From positions 360,157 through 424,156 of the forward strand of contig CAWHHU010000003.1 in NCBI GenBank assembly GCA_963829295.1: a stretch of DNA of 64,000 nt, in the 5' to 3' direction. Source of the DNA: an uncultured Chloroflexia bacterium. Its GTDB lineage: Bacteria; Chloroflexota; Limnocylindria; Limnocylindrales; CSP1-4. A program made the translations under genes and the position numbers. Shown piece after piece: positions 27,743-37,370 of this stretch (its first letter is position 1; each line of letters begins with the position of its first letter). Under the pieces are notes generated by a model. It ran no database searches. It was not told where the DNA came from and saw only the letters and a program-made list of their open reading frames with translations.

Positions 27743-28684
27743 TCACTCGACGAACCGCGCCAGCGCCGGGATCGTCGCGAACACGCGCTCGTCGAGCCCG
27801 TCGAGCCCGTCGGGCTCAGCCAGGTGGCCCGGCGTGCGCAGGGGCCACGGATCGCCCGTCCAGTGCGGCGCAAGCTCCGAGGTCCGGGCTCGGTCGCCGA
27901 CGGGTGACGTCCAGATCGCGTGGAGCGGATCGACCGCCAGGGTCGGCTCAGCGATGAGCCAGACGTGAATGGGCTCGCTCGGGTGGTCGCCCCGGGCGAT
28001 CAGCCGCCCGAGCGATGAAGCCCGGCGCGGCGAGTCGACAACGATCCCGACATGGACCGGCAGCTCGTCGCGCTGGCGCGCCAGGGCCGAGCGGTAGCGG
28101 CGGACCTTCTCCGGCAGGACGGCGCCGCGCTCGGTGCCGAGGTCGCGCTCGACGAACAGGACGATCGAGCGCCCGCCAACGCGGATGACGGCGAATGCGT
28201 CCGGCCGGAGCCAGCCGCCGAACAGACGCAGACAGGCGCGCTCGGGCACCCAGGCCGCGATCCCGGTCTCTGACCCAAGATCGGCCGCTCGCAGGAACGC
28301 TGCCAGCAGGTCGTGCGTGGCCAGCCCGTGGATGACGGGCGAGGTGACCTCGACGCCTCCGTCGAGCCGCGGCCGGCCGGAGGGCCAGACCAGCCGCTCG
28401 AGCCCGACGCGGGCGGTCTTGGTCAGCGCGTACGCGTAGCGGCCGCGCGGGCGCTGGCGGTTGGCGGCCCAGCCGCCCGACACCAGGCTGTACTCGGCGA
28501 GCCGAGCGAGCCTGCGCTGGGCGATCCGCCGATGGCCGTAGGCGAGCAGCGCCGCGAGCTCGGCAGTGATCACGTCACCGCCTAGGAGCCACAGCAGGAC
28601 CGCCCGGTCGCGCTCGGGAAGCGCGCTCCAGCCGGCGAGCCCCGGGGCGCTCCGGAGCGGGACGACCCGTGCTGTCGTCCTCAC
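27743..28684 (-). CDS. Replication-relaxation family protein (Replic_Relax-like, HTH N-terminus)
   Basis: LPERDRAVLLWLLGGDVITAELAALLAYGHRRIAQRRLARLAEYSLV resembles the Replic_Relax N-terminal wHTH motif (...RHRLAVLHRLGLV..). 313 aa. Confidence 0.65.
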   Translation of the reverse strand: MRTTARVVPLRSAPGLAGWSALPERDRAVLLWLLGGDVITAELAALLAYGHRRIAQRRLARLAEYSLVSGGWAANRQRPRGRYAYALTKTARVGLERLVWPSGRPRLDGGVEVTSPVIHGLATHDLLAAFLRAADLGSETGIAAWVPERACLRLFGGWLRPDAFAVIRVGGRSIVLFVERDLGTERGAVLPEKVRRYRSALARQRDELPVHVGIVVDSPRRASSLGRLIARGDHPSEPIHVWLIAEPTLAVDPLHAIWTSPVGDRARTSELAPHWTGDPWPLRTPGHLAEPDGLDGLDERVFATIPALARFVE

Positions 28685-29166
28685 GTGCGGCCCTGGCGGC
28701 GTGCCGACCGCGTCCGGCGCGCACGCGCCGAGAGATAGGCGAGCCGCGCGAAATGGGCCGACCGGGCATGGGCAGCGCGGCGCGCCCGCTCCGCCGGCGG
28801 AAGGGCGCCGTCGGGGTCCACAAGTCGCTCAAAGCTGGCGAGGAACGCGGCTCGGCCTGCGGCCGAGGTCTCGCGCGGGTCGTGCGTCGCGTGGAGGCGG
28901 TAGGCGCCGATCCGGCCGCGCAGCGAGCGCTCCGCCCGGCTCGGGCCGTCGTGTGCACCGTCGCGCCGTGCCCGGGTCACGCCGGCGCCTCGTGGATCTC
29001 CTCGTCGCCCCCGTCGCCAAGAACGCCCAGCCAGGCGTCGGTTGCGACTGGCGTCGGGCAGGAGTACGGCGTCGGATCGGTGAGGAGGTCGCCGAGCGCC
29101 GTCCGGTGGCCGCCGGGGAACAAGCAGAGGATCCGCAGGCACGTTCGGTCGCGGGTGCGGAGGCAC
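28681..29166 (-). CDS. Hypothetical small protein, real start probably internal, overlapping a diverged repeat
   Basis: The ORF overlaps the upstream gene's start. The C-terminal ~80 aa look protein-like and the N-terminus is R/P-rich. Confidence 0.2.
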   Translation of the reverse strand: MPPHPRPNVPADPLLVPRRPPDGARRPPHRSDAVLLPDASRNRRLAGRSWRRGRRGDPRGAGVTRARRDGAHDGPSRAERSLRGRIGAYRLHATHDPRETSAAGRAAFLASFERLVDPDGALPPAERARRAAHARSAHFARLAYLSARARRTRSARRQGRT

Positions 29167-29408
29167 CCCGGATGAATGACCAGCAGGCGATCACATGCGG
29201 GAGCGGACACAAACGAACCGATCACCCGTATGGGGTCCCGCGTCGAAGGTGCGCCGAGCACACACGGACCGCGCGGCAGCAGTGGGGCACGCAAGACCCC
29301 ACGGCGCGACCGATCCATCGACCGACCAAACGCGTGTTTGGCGCCGTTCCGGACGATCGCGTTGTTCCGTTTGTGCAACGTCCCGCGTTTCCCAATTCAG
29401 GGCGACCT

Positions 29409-30496
29409 CAACCAGGGGCTTCATCGACCCTCGATTTCGAGGGCGGCCCAGTCCCATCTCCTCTCCGGCGGCACGGCCATGAACCCCGGAGCCACCGATC
29501 GATCCACGCCGCCGTCGCGAGGGGACGGAGCCTTCCGATCGACCGGCCGGCCGCCGGGCCGCACGGTCACGGCGCCGGCCTCGAGGGTGACGACCCGCCA
29601 CGGCGTCTGCGACCGGCAGGGCGACGGCCCCGACCCTGATTGACACGGCGGACGGCTTGCGCTGGCAGCCATGGTTCCGCCGAGACGTCGAGCGGGCGGT
29701 CGACCGCCGAGGTCAGCCGCCGGCTTCGACCCTAGCCACTTCGGCCGTCGCAGGGAACCCGGATTCCGTGCAAGATTCTGTGTATTGTCAGCTCCGCTAC
29801 GTCCCGATTGACACCCAGAATTACGTGTGCGACGCTCCCATCGTGCTCAAGACGAAGCGGACGTACAACCTCAGCCGGCGGACGATCGAGACGGTTCAGG
29901 CGCTCGCGGAGCGGAAGGTCGCGCCGACCCAGGACGCCCTCGTCGAGCTCGCCGTCGACGAGCTCGCCCGCCATGTCCGCGAGACCGACGAAGCGGCCGC
30001 CTGGGCGGGCGCGGCCACCGATCCGGACTTTGTCGCCGAGGCCGCCGAGCTCGAGGCGGCATATGGCGACGCCGACCCGGCCACGTGGCCGAGACCGTAG
30101 GGCTGCCAGCGCTCCGCTGGGCCGTCGTGATCGTCGGACTCGATCCGGTGGAGGGTCACGAGCAGGCCGGTGAGCGGCGGGCGCTGGTCGTGAGCTATGA
30201 GGCGTTCCACCGCTCGGGGCTGCTGACCGTGTGTCCGATCAGCGCCGCCCGCGAGAAGCCGCGCTATCCGGGCGAGGTCGCGATCCCGGCCGGCGAAGGT
30301 GGCCAGACGAAGTCCGGGCTCATCCTGTGCGCCCAGGTCCGGACGATCTCGGTCCGTCGGATCCGGGCGACCGGCATCCTGCCCGGTGGCGGCGTCGCCC
30401 ACCTCACCGACGCCCGGATCCGCTCGGCGGTGCGAGCGGCCCTTCGACACCACCTCGGGCTCGATATCCCAGCCCAGTCGGACGGGGCGGCGAGCG
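29409..30496. repeat. Copy A of a duplicated 1088-bp segment (operator region + RHH antitoxin + MazF toxin)
   Basis: Identical to 40277..41228 except for a 136-bp deletion in copy B. Diverged (~78%) homology extends left, with 28985-29140 matching 39360-39515. Confidence 0.85.
29843..30100 (+). CDS. Ribbon-helix-helix type antitoxin, cognate to the downstream MazF
   Basis: VLKTKRTYNLSRRTIETVQALAERKVAPTQDALVELAV... is an RHH DNA-binding N-terminus with an acidic C-terminal tail. It is located just upstream of the toxin and overlaps it by 16 nt. Confidence 0.5.
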   Translation: MLKTKRTYNLSRRTIETVQALAERKVAPTQDALVELAVDELARHVRETDEAAAWAGAATDPDFVAEAAELEAAYGDADPATWPRP

Positions 30497-30507
30497 GTAG
30501 TGCGTGA
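30085..30507 (+). CDS. mazF: MazF/PemK-family endoribonuclease toxin
   Basis: GLDPVEGHEQAGERRALVVSYEAFHRSGLLTVCPISAAR....SGLILCAQVRTISVRRI matches the PemK/MazF signature (G.EQ.G.RP.lVvS...........P.T.......V.......gl...S..lc.Q.Rt.s..R.). Confidence 0.8.
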   Translation: MAETVGLPALRWAVVIVGLDPVEGHEQAGERRALVVSYEAFHRSGLLTVCPISAAREKPRYPGEVAIPAGEGGQTKSGLILCAQVRTISVRRIRATGILPGGGVAHLTDARIRSAVRAALRHHLGLDIPAQSDGAASGSA

Positions 30508-30578
30508 AGCGCTTCACGCCATCGCGGGTGCCGTCCCCGGTGCACCAACATCGGAGACCACGCAAGGACTCCGTAGGC

Positions 30579-33200
30579 CTACTCGCCGCGAAGCGAGGCG
30601 GCCGGAAGCTCCCGATAGACGTGGGCGAGGGGCACCAGCGCGGCCAGCGTGGTGGCAAGGACAGCGCTCAGGAGCGCGAGCCCGAGGCTCACCGCGAATG
30701 CTATGGGCATGACCCTGAGCACTAGCCCGATCGCCCCGACGATCAGCGTCGCTCCGGTGCCGCCTATGCATCCGATCACGATCGCTTGGATCGTGACAAC
30801 GGTCGCGACAGCCCGCCGTGGCCAGCCCAGGGCGCGAAGCGCCCCGAACTCCGCCTGCCGCTCGACATAGCCGAGGGTGACGATCTCTGCGACGGCCAGC
30901 GCTCCGATCACCAGTGTGACCAACGCAACCACGAAGTTGAACGTTCGTGCGCGGGCAGCGATGTGAACGCCGAGCAACGTGGTGTCCAGCTGCCCCGCGA
31001 ACCCGGCAGCCACGAGCGTGGAGCCGCCGACGAGCACCGCGCCGAGGCCAATGGTCACCGCGCCGAGCAGCGCCTCGGTGCGCCGGCTGCCAAGTACCTC
31101 CCTGAGCCCGAGCCCGGGAACAGACGTGACTCGTCGGACCCGTTCCGGGCCTGTACGCATGGCGCGACCGGCTGACGCCCGTGACGACGCGAGAGCCGGA
31201 ACCAACCCGGCCACCCCCGAGATCGCGAGTGCCAGGGGCACCACGGCTGCAAGCTGCCACGGCTCGATCCGGAGCGCAAGGGCGGCCTGCAACGCAGTGG
31301 CGGCCACCAACCCGATCACGGCGACCACCGCGCCCAGGAGCAGGACCTCGATCTCAACGAGGGCTCCGACACGCCATGCGGGCCAGCCCAGGGCGCGCAG
31401 GACGCCAAACTCGGCAACTCGACGCCGACTGGCCAGGTAGGCCGTCGCTGCCACCAGCACCGTGGCAGCGATCAGCACGACGATCAGGATTGCCAGATCC
31501 TGGGTCGCGAGTGCCTGCGCGAAGCGGATCGCCACCCCCTTGACGGACCATTGCTCGGAGACCGTCAGGGCGGGCCGGCCGAAGTCACCGGCTGGCAGGT
31601 CGACGACCACATGGCGGGGCGACGACCCGGCGACGATGTCGACATCGAGCCCGGTCGCGTCGTGGATGTCGGCGGCCACCTGAGCGAGCCGATCCTGGGC
31701 CTCTTGCCCCGGGTTTTCCGTTCCCGCCACGCGGACGCGGATGGCGCTGATGAATGCCGCACCGGCGGCGCCATCGTAGCGAGATGGATCGGCAAGCCAG
31801 GCTGCCGTCTGGAGCGAGACCAGGATGAGTGGCGGGCTGGTCACGTACGACGCCGGAGACCGGGTCGCGCCGAGCTGCCGGCCATCCGCCACCTGAACGG
31901 CCGGCAGTGAATAGGTCTCGAGTCGCCCGCCTGCCAGGATGTCGAAGCCTGGCACGCAGTCAGGGTTGAACTGACCGATAGGGTCCCAGCGGCTGAACAC
32001 TTCCGACCGGCGCTGCTGGTCATGGCGCACCACCGGCCGGAACCAGGTGTCAGTGGACTCGGGCGGGACGTGGGTCGCGCCGCCCGGGGTGATGGTCACG
32101 CTGGACTCATAGATCGAGGGATCGGTCGGTTGAGCATGGGCGGCGAGGTGATCGGGGCCGAGCAGGTCGTAGCTGACGTCGCCGATCGACCACAGCGGTG
32201 ACGTGTCGTAGAACGATCCGCTGTTGAGGGTCGGCAGGAACGCGCGATACGCGTCGTTTGCGCTCGCCGTGCGGCTGTCGACCGGTTGCCACCCCGAGAG
32301 GGTGTCGACACCGTCCTTGGCGAGCACCTCCGGATTCGCCGCGCGCTCGATCGTCATCGTGAGCGTCTCGTCGAGGAACGAGCGGTCGCTGACGAGGACC
32401 GGCAGGACAGGCTGTGGGCCGGCGGGCGAGCTGACCTCTGTCGGCACGTCGGACGCCTGGAGATAGCGACCCTGGGTCACGCACCGGTCGAGGTCGACGA
32501 GGCTGGCCTCCGCAACCGGATCGATGCCGGCGATGACGAACGGCTCCGGGAAGTTCACGAAGGCGCCCGCTGTCCCTGCCGGCAAGCCGCGGACCGGGAG
32601 TGCGTCGGGCGTCTGACCACCAAAGCAGGTGACCGTCGCGTCGCAGGCGATCTCCAGATCACCGACCTCGAGGTGGGCCGCCCCGACCGCGCTGCGCACG
32701 ACCCGGCCCTGGGGCGCGATCACCAGGTAGCCAGCAGGCTCCGGCGGATACCGACTCAGCCCGGCCTCCGCGGTGATGCTGGTCGTGATCCGAAGAACCG
32801 TGACTCCTGTGCCGTCGGCGAGCGACGAGAGATCCACCGGAATGCCGGCCGGCCATTGCACGAAGCCGGCGACCGCGATCGGCGCGGCGACCTCGACCTC
32901 GGGGACCGCGCGGATGCTCGCGAGCTGCGCCTCGGTGATCCCGCCGTACAGGCCGGAGATGGCATTGGGTCTGACCAGGCCCTGCGCCTGCTCGAGTGCG
33001 GTCGCCGACCCCACCGGGCGAACGAGCAGCTGATACGGTCCGCCCCATGCTCGGGTGATGTCGCCTGTCACGCTCGCCTGCGTCGTGCGGGTCGTCCCGG
33101 CCATCAACACGAACCCAATGACCGCGGTGGCCAGGCCAGCTGTTGCGAGGAGGGTGGCGAATCGCCGGGAAGTGATTTCCTGAACTGCGAGCCTGAGCAT
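30579..33200 (-). CDS. ABC transporter permease with two FtsX domains (MacB-like, 873 aa)
   Basis: N-terminal TM, large extracytoplasmic domain, FtsX TM bundle, second ECD, second FtsX bundle. Immediately downstream of the ABC ATPase. Confidence 0.85.
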   Translation of the reverse strand: MLRLAVQEITSRRFATLLATAGLATAVIGFVLMAGTTRTTQASVTGDITRAWGGPYQLLVRPVGSATALEQAQGLVRPNAISGLYGGITEAQLASIRAVPEVEVAAPIAVAGFVQWPAGIPVDLSSLADGTGVTVLRITTSITAEAGLSRYPPEPAGYLVIAPQGRVVRSAVGAAHLEVGDLEIACDATVTCFGGQTPDALPVRGLPAGTAGAFVNFPEPFVIAGIDPVAEASLVDLDRCVTQGRYLQASDVPTEVSSPAGPQPVLPVLVSDRSFLDETLTMTIERAANPEVLAKDGVDTLSGWQPVDSRTASANDAYRAFLPTLNSGSFYDTSPLWSIGDVSYDLLGPDHLAAHAQPTDPSIYESSVTITPGGATHVPPESTDTWFRPVVRHDQQRRSEVFSRWDPIGQFNPDCVPGFDILAGGRLETYSLPAVQVADGRQLGATRSPASYVTSPPLILVSLQTAAWLADPSRYDGAAGAAFISAIRVRVAGTENPGQEAQDRLAQVAADIHDATGLDVDIVAGSSPRHVVVDLPAGDFGRPALTVSEQWSVKGVAIRFAQALATQDLAILIVVLIAATVLVAATAYLASRRRVAEFGVLRALGWPAWRVGALVEIEVLLLGAVVAVIGLVAATALQAALALRIEPWQLAAVVPLALAISGVAGLVPALASSRASAGRAMRTGPERVRRVTSVPGLGLREVLGSRRTEALLGAVTIGLGAVLVGGSTLVAAGFAGQLDTTLLGVHIAARARTFNFVVALVTLVIGALAVAEIVTLGYVERQAEFGALRALGWPRRAVATVVTIQAIVIGCIGGTGATLIVGAIGLVLRVMPIAFAVSLGLALLSAVLATTLAALVPLAHVYRELPAASLRGE

Positions 33201-33208
33201 CGACGCGG

Positions 33209-33940
33209 CTACTCCGCGTCCAGAACATTGACCACGCCGGGCAGGCCTTCGTCCAGGCGCTCGTCGCTGGTCAGGCGTCCGCTCACCAGGTGCAGCACGC
33301 GATCCGCAGCCGCGGCGACCGCGGGATCGTGGGTGGCGACGACGACCGTCAGGTCACTCTCCTCTCGGAGTTGATCGAGATAGGCCATGAACTCGGTGGT
33401 TCGGTCTGCATCAAGGTTCCCGGTTGGCTCGTCAGCGAGCAGCAGCGCGGGCGCACCCACCATCGCGCGTGCCAGCGAGACCCGCTGGCGCTCGCCACCG
33501 GACAGTCGAGCCGGCGGGAAATCGGTCCGATCGGCCAACCCAAGGGAGGCGAGAAGCGTGCGAGCGCGCGGTTCAAGGCTGCGGCGAGACTCCCACGGCA
33601 AGCGTGCGGCGATGACGTTGTCAAGGGCGCTGAGCCCTGGGAGGAGAAACGGCTCCTGGAACACCAGGCCCATGAGCCTGGCACGGAGCGCCGTGCGTTC
33701 GCGGTCGCTGGCGGCGTCCATCGCTTCGCCCAGAACCTTGACGGTTCCGTGGGTCGGTAGATCGAGCCCAGCGATGAGGTTGAGGAGGGTGGTCTTGCCT
33801 GAGCCCGATGGGCCTGTGATGGCAACCGCCTGACCCTGTTGCACCTCAAGGGTGACGTCCAGCAGGGCGGCCACCTCGGTTGGCCCGACCTGATAGACCC
33901 GGGAGAGTGCCTGGAGCTCGATGGCCGGCAGCAGGCGCAT
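33209..33940 (-). CDS. ABC transporter ATP-binding protein (MacB/LolD-type)
   Basis: Walker A GPSGSGKTTLLN. Signature LSGGERQRVSLARA. Walker B LLLADEPTGNLD. H-loop. Start MRLLPAIELQ at 33940. Confidence 0.9.
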   Translation of the reverse strand: MRLLPAIELQALSRVYQVGPTEVAALLDVTLEVQQGQAVAITGPSGSGKTTLLNLIAGLDLPTHGTVKVLGEAMDAASDRERTALRARLMGLVFQEPFLLPGLSALDNVIAARLPWESRRSLEPRARTLLASLGLADRTDFPPARLSGGERQRVSLARAMVGAPALLLADEPTGNLDADRTTEFMAYLDQLREESDLTVVVATHDPAVAAAADRVLHLVSGRLTSDERLDEGLPGVVNVLDAE

Positions 33941-34497
33941 CAGGCGAGCTTGGCGGACCTCGTGCCCACTCGCCTGCGCGCCCGAGTGCGCGCCACGACC
34001 GCCGATGACGTGTCGTGGATATGGGTGGCCCACCGAAGGTCGGCTTCAGTACGCCGGATCTCGCGGTCGAGGGCGGATTGACCAAAGCCTTCGTCCCCGG
34101 GAATTCCACGTCGGGCGGCTCGAAGCCGATGCAGCTCAACCGTGCGCTCACGGACGACGGTCTCGGCGAGCGCGTCAAATCGATCGGGAATGGCGAGCCT
34201 CGCAACAGCCAGACGCACGACGATCTCGTCGGCCGTGCTCGGTTCCCAGAGCCAGGCCTCTGCAACACGACGACCAGCAGGTGTCAGCGTGAGGAGGTGG
34301 CGATCGGGCCGGCTCACCTGACGGACTCGGCGGGGATCGACCAGCCCATCGCGCTCCATGCGCCCGAGCGTGAGATAGACCTGACTGGTGCGGGTCGACC
34401 AGAGGGGGCCGAGCTCGGCCTCGAGCGTGATCACGAGCTCATAGCCATAGGAGGGTCCCACGAGGAGAAGTGCGGCGATTGCCCCATGCAGGTTCAT
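33940..34497 (-). CDS. PadR-family transcriptional regulator
   Basis: GYELVITLEAELGPLWSTRTSQVYLTLGRMERDGLV is a PadR winged-HTH. It is followed by a C-terminal helical domain. Confidence 0.8.
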   Translation of the reverse strand: MNLHGAIAALLLVGPSYGYELVITLEAELGPLWSTRTSQVYLTLGRMERDGLVDPRRVRQVSRPDRHLLTLTPAGRRVAEAWLWEPSTADEIVVRLAVARLAIPDRFDALAETVVRERTVELHRLRAARRGIPGDEGFGQSALDREIRRTEADLRWATHIHDTSSAVVARTRARRRVGTRSAKLA

Positions 34498-34847
34498 GCT
34501 CGGGCGGTCATCCGGTGGCCCGCAGAGGAGAGCATGGCCAACACCCGAGACAACCCGGCGCCAAGTTGCTGGTCGGCAATTCGACCATCGCGCACCAGGA
34601 ACGTATGCGGAGTGGCCTGCGCCCCGAAGTCGTCTCGCACCCTCCCCTCCCGATCGGTCACACAGGAGGCACCAGGGATTCGGACCAGCTCAGCGAGTGA
34701 GCCATCATTTGGCGTCTCCGGCTCGATTACGATAATCGGCCAGTCTTCTGGCACCACTGCCTCATTGAGCCCTGCCAACAGGTCGCGACAGGGTCGGCGA
34801 TCGAGGTGAGAGGCCACCACGTCGGTCACATTGCCCATTCTGTTCAC
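34494..34847 (-). CDS. Thioredoxin-fold TlpA/MauD-like protein lacking the CXXC motif (degenerate paralogue of 37879..38412)
   Basis: ...TPHTFLVRDGRIADQQLG aligns with ...SPFAIHVRDGVVRAKGV of the MauD-like protein. Only PCRD sits where CGIC is expected. The ORF overlaps the padR start by 4 nt. Confidence 0.45.
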   Translation of the reverse strand: MNRMGNVTDVVASHLDRRPCRDLLAGLNEAVVPEDWPIIVIEPETPNDGSLAELVRIPGASCVTDREGRVRDDFGAQATPHTFLVRDGRIADQQLGAGLSRVLAMLSSAGHRMTARA

Positions 34848-34926
34848 GAAACCCGCCTCCTGATACTCTACTGTAGATTATTCTTCAGTCGTCAAGAGCA
34901 CGCGGGCAGACCTCTTTGGGACCCTG

Positions 34927-35212
34927 GTGGACGTCTGGCAACTCTTCGCTCGGGCCTTCTACATCTCGCTCCTCGTCCTGTCAGTGCGCGTCAAGACACG
35001 AATGATTGAGGTCGCCGAGGTCACCTTGGCCGTCGGCCCTCGTGCTTGTCCGAGGGGCCGTTCCATGGATCGAAACGATCGCGATGTTCGGTGTGTTTTC
35101 GGTGGCTCAGGCCTGGAGTTGGAGGAGAGGCGGAACCCACGGCTGTCATTGCTTCGGCGCAGATGAAATCATCGGGGTGTCACCCTGGGGGGCAGCCTAC
35201 CTCTGGCACTGA
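34927..35212 (+). pseudogene. MauE/DoxX-like membrane protein remnant (frameshifted)
   Basis: IAMFGVFSVAQAWSWRRGGTHGCHCFGADE matches AALFIGFAVVQAFMARRHPGLRCGCYGQLDE of the MauE-like protein at 38415..38906, including the C-x-C-(F/Y)-G motif. The N-terminal portion lies in a different frame (34927 versus 35006). Confidence 0.4.
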
Positions 35213-35539
35213 TCGCGATCGGCACGGTCGTGCTCACACACCGGTGCTCGATCGGCCGGTTGACACCTCCGACGGTCCGTTGTCGTGTCTTTGGCGTCTC
35301 CGCGGTCGACAGCCGCGACCACGTCGCGACCGGTGCGCATTCCGGGGAATCCGATCGCCCATTCCGGGGTTTTCGATCACCCTCGGTCGGAGGCCGCGGA
35401 GCGGCCGACACGAGGGCTGGTTCAGCCCCTGATGGTCACCTCCTCTCGATGGTCTGCGGGTAGTCTGGCACGCCGCCCGTGGTGGACGACGGTGTCGACG
35501 CGTCCGGGGCCGGTGCGACCCCGGCTGGGTCGTCGGGAG

Positions 35540-35732
35540 CCTTGACCGTCCGGCGGCTCGAGTCGCCCTTGAGCTCCAGCCCGTAGGCGTTGTGGACCAG
35601 GCGGTCGAGGATCGCGTCGGCGACGGTGGGCTCGCCCAAGGCCTCGTGCCAGTGCCCGACCGGGAGCCGGCTCGTGACGATGGTCGAGCGCAGGCCTCCG
35701 CGATCCTCGATCACCTCCAGCAGGTCGGCCGC
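35540..35732 (-). pseudogene. IS21-family IstB-like helper ATPase C-terminal fragment
   Basis: ...TSRLPVGHWHEALGEPTVADAILDRLVHNAYGLELKGDSSRR matches the IstB C-terminal signature (TSN...EW.E.FGD...A.AILDRL.HH.....I.GESYR). There is no upstream ATPase core. Confidence 0.45.
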
Positions 35733-36058
35733 CCGGGCGGGAGGCACCGGGGAGAGCCGATCCCGATCAGCGACCCGTGAACGGGCGAGATCCGGGCGGC
35801 GCAGCTGTTCGTGGCGGTGATCGGCGCGTCTTCGTACACGTACGCCGAGGCGACGCCGTCCCAGGAGCTGCCCCACTGGCCTGGGCGCCTTCAAGAAGCG
35901 TGCACGCCGTGGCCAGGGCTGGCCGCTCGCGCGCCGAAGCAGAGCCGAACATCGAAGAGGCTGCGCTCCCCGCCGGCATCATCCCGGGAGGGCTTGAGAA
36001 TGGTCCAGCGAGGAACAGGTGCCGAGCATCCCCTTGCGGCCCAGCGCTGCGCTGCCTG

Positions 36059-36697
36059 TCAGCCAGGTGGGACCTTGTCTCGACCCCCAGTCGAGGGGAC
36101 CCCGGTAACCAAGAAGACATCAACTATCGAGAAGCCGATACCGTCAACTTGGTACGCGAAGCAGCCTGGACCCCCTACCAATGTAAGAGACGGCCATGTT
36201 CGTTCGACGCCAGGGGTCCCTGGAGGGAAGAGGAGTTCGCCGGCTGCCGGCTGGCCGCTCAAGATGAAGGTCACGGAGCCTGGTATGTCGAGTTGAGCTC
36301 CTCGGATCTGAATTGGCCCGGCATACTGAGCCGCAGCAAACCACAGAACCTTGATCTGATAGAGCGAACCAGAGCGCGCTCCAAGGGGTTGGCTTCCCTC
36401 GTTGCCGAACCCAACGGGATACACCGGGCCGACGCCCAGCGCAGGTCCGACGCTCGGCGAGACATCGCTCCCGGTGGAGACCGGGCAGTCATCAAGAGCC
36501 CGATGCAGAGTTAGCAGCCGATTGGGGATCGACGTCAGGTTCGTGTTGCCCGCGCTAGACCCGAGAATTGCACTGGCACCTCCGGACGCGACTAACGTGG
36601 CAAGGATCCCGAGGATGACGATGGCGGTCGCGACAAGAATGCCGACGCGCTGCGTGGAAAGGATCGTATGCAGGCGCGGCGGGCTCGGGCTGCGCAT
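36059..36697 (-). CDS. Membrane-anchored extracytoplasmic hypothetical protein
   Basis: N-terminal signal-anchor ([24 protein letters not shown]) then a ~170-aa domain. Low-GC region. No recognisable family. Confidence 0.4.
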   Translation of the reverse strand: MRSPSPPRLHTILSTQRVGILVATAIVILGILATLVASGGASAILGSSAGNTNLTSIPNRLLTLHRALDDCPVSTGSDVSPSVGPALGVGPVYPVGFGNEGSQPLGARSGSLYQIKVLWFAAAQYAGPIQIRGAQLDIPGSVTFILSGQPAAGELLFPPGTPGVERTWPSLTLVGGPGCFAYQVDGIGFSIVDVFLVTGVPSTGGRDKVPPG

Positions 36698-36720
36698 GGG
36701 ATCAGACGACGACGGGACCA

Positions 36721-37284
36721 TTAAATCGATCGGGCAATGACGAGCCAAGCCAGGAAGAGCATGGCGAGATCGAGCATCCGAAACAACCTCCACCGCCCAG
36801 TGAAGGCCATTGCTACGCGCGCTGGATCCGTGCGGGTCGACAGGAGGCCAACAAGGAGGGGGACCCATCGTCCTACTCCATATGCGACAGCGGAGAACCC
36901 TGCTAGGTCACCACGCCCAGTCAGCCACCCGATGACGAGAGTCGCCAGCCAGGCGCCATAGGGTGCTTTGGTAGCCAACCCCGTTCCAAGAAAGATCCCA
37001 TATCTCGTGGCGCCGAGCAAAGGGCGCTCACGCATCCATCCTCGTGGCACCTGCCAGCCAGACTGGGGTACCCGGTGCATGAGGCTTGCCAAGAACAAGA
37101 TGCTGACGGCGACAAGCGCGGCGACCGGCCACCATGCAGATCGAGGCGTTACTATACCAATCGCACCGACAGCGACAAATACCGATCCCGCACCGACCAA
37201 TAGCCCACCCAAGTGCAAGATACTTGCTGCTACAACTCTAGGTAGTGATGCCACCTCGACCAGGGGCCTGATCGTCATGATCAT
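36721..37284 (-). CDS. Polytopic membrane protein (4-6 TM, Cys-free), hypothetical
   Basis: Hydrophobic helices throughout. Downstream of the Cys-rich gene, low GC. Confidence 0.45.
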   Translation of the reverse strand: MIMTIRPLVEVASLPRVVAASILHLGGLLVGAGSVFVAVGAIGIVTPRSAWWPVAALVAVSILFLASLMHRVPQSGWQVPRGWMRERPLLGATRYGIFLGTGLATKAPYGAWLATLVIGWLTGRGDLAGFSAVAYGVGRWVPLLVGLLSTRTDPARVAMAFTGRWRLFRMLDLAMLFLAWLVIARSI

Positions 37285-37370
37285 GTTGGCCCCTCACGGC
37301 AACGAGCCGGTCGACACCCCCGCAAATAGCGCAAGCATCACCGCCGTCTCGCCAACGTCCATCGGCGCCC

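Noticed and set aside
28566-29643. Long + strand ORFs over the duplicated segment (28566..29639, 29176..29643, 40134..40511) and the minus ORF 29421..29672 / 40289..40540
   Set aside because: Their conservation between the copies is trivial, because the DNA is identical. The translations are R/P/G-rich with no domain. The region more likely holds the TA promoter and operator plus att-like arms.
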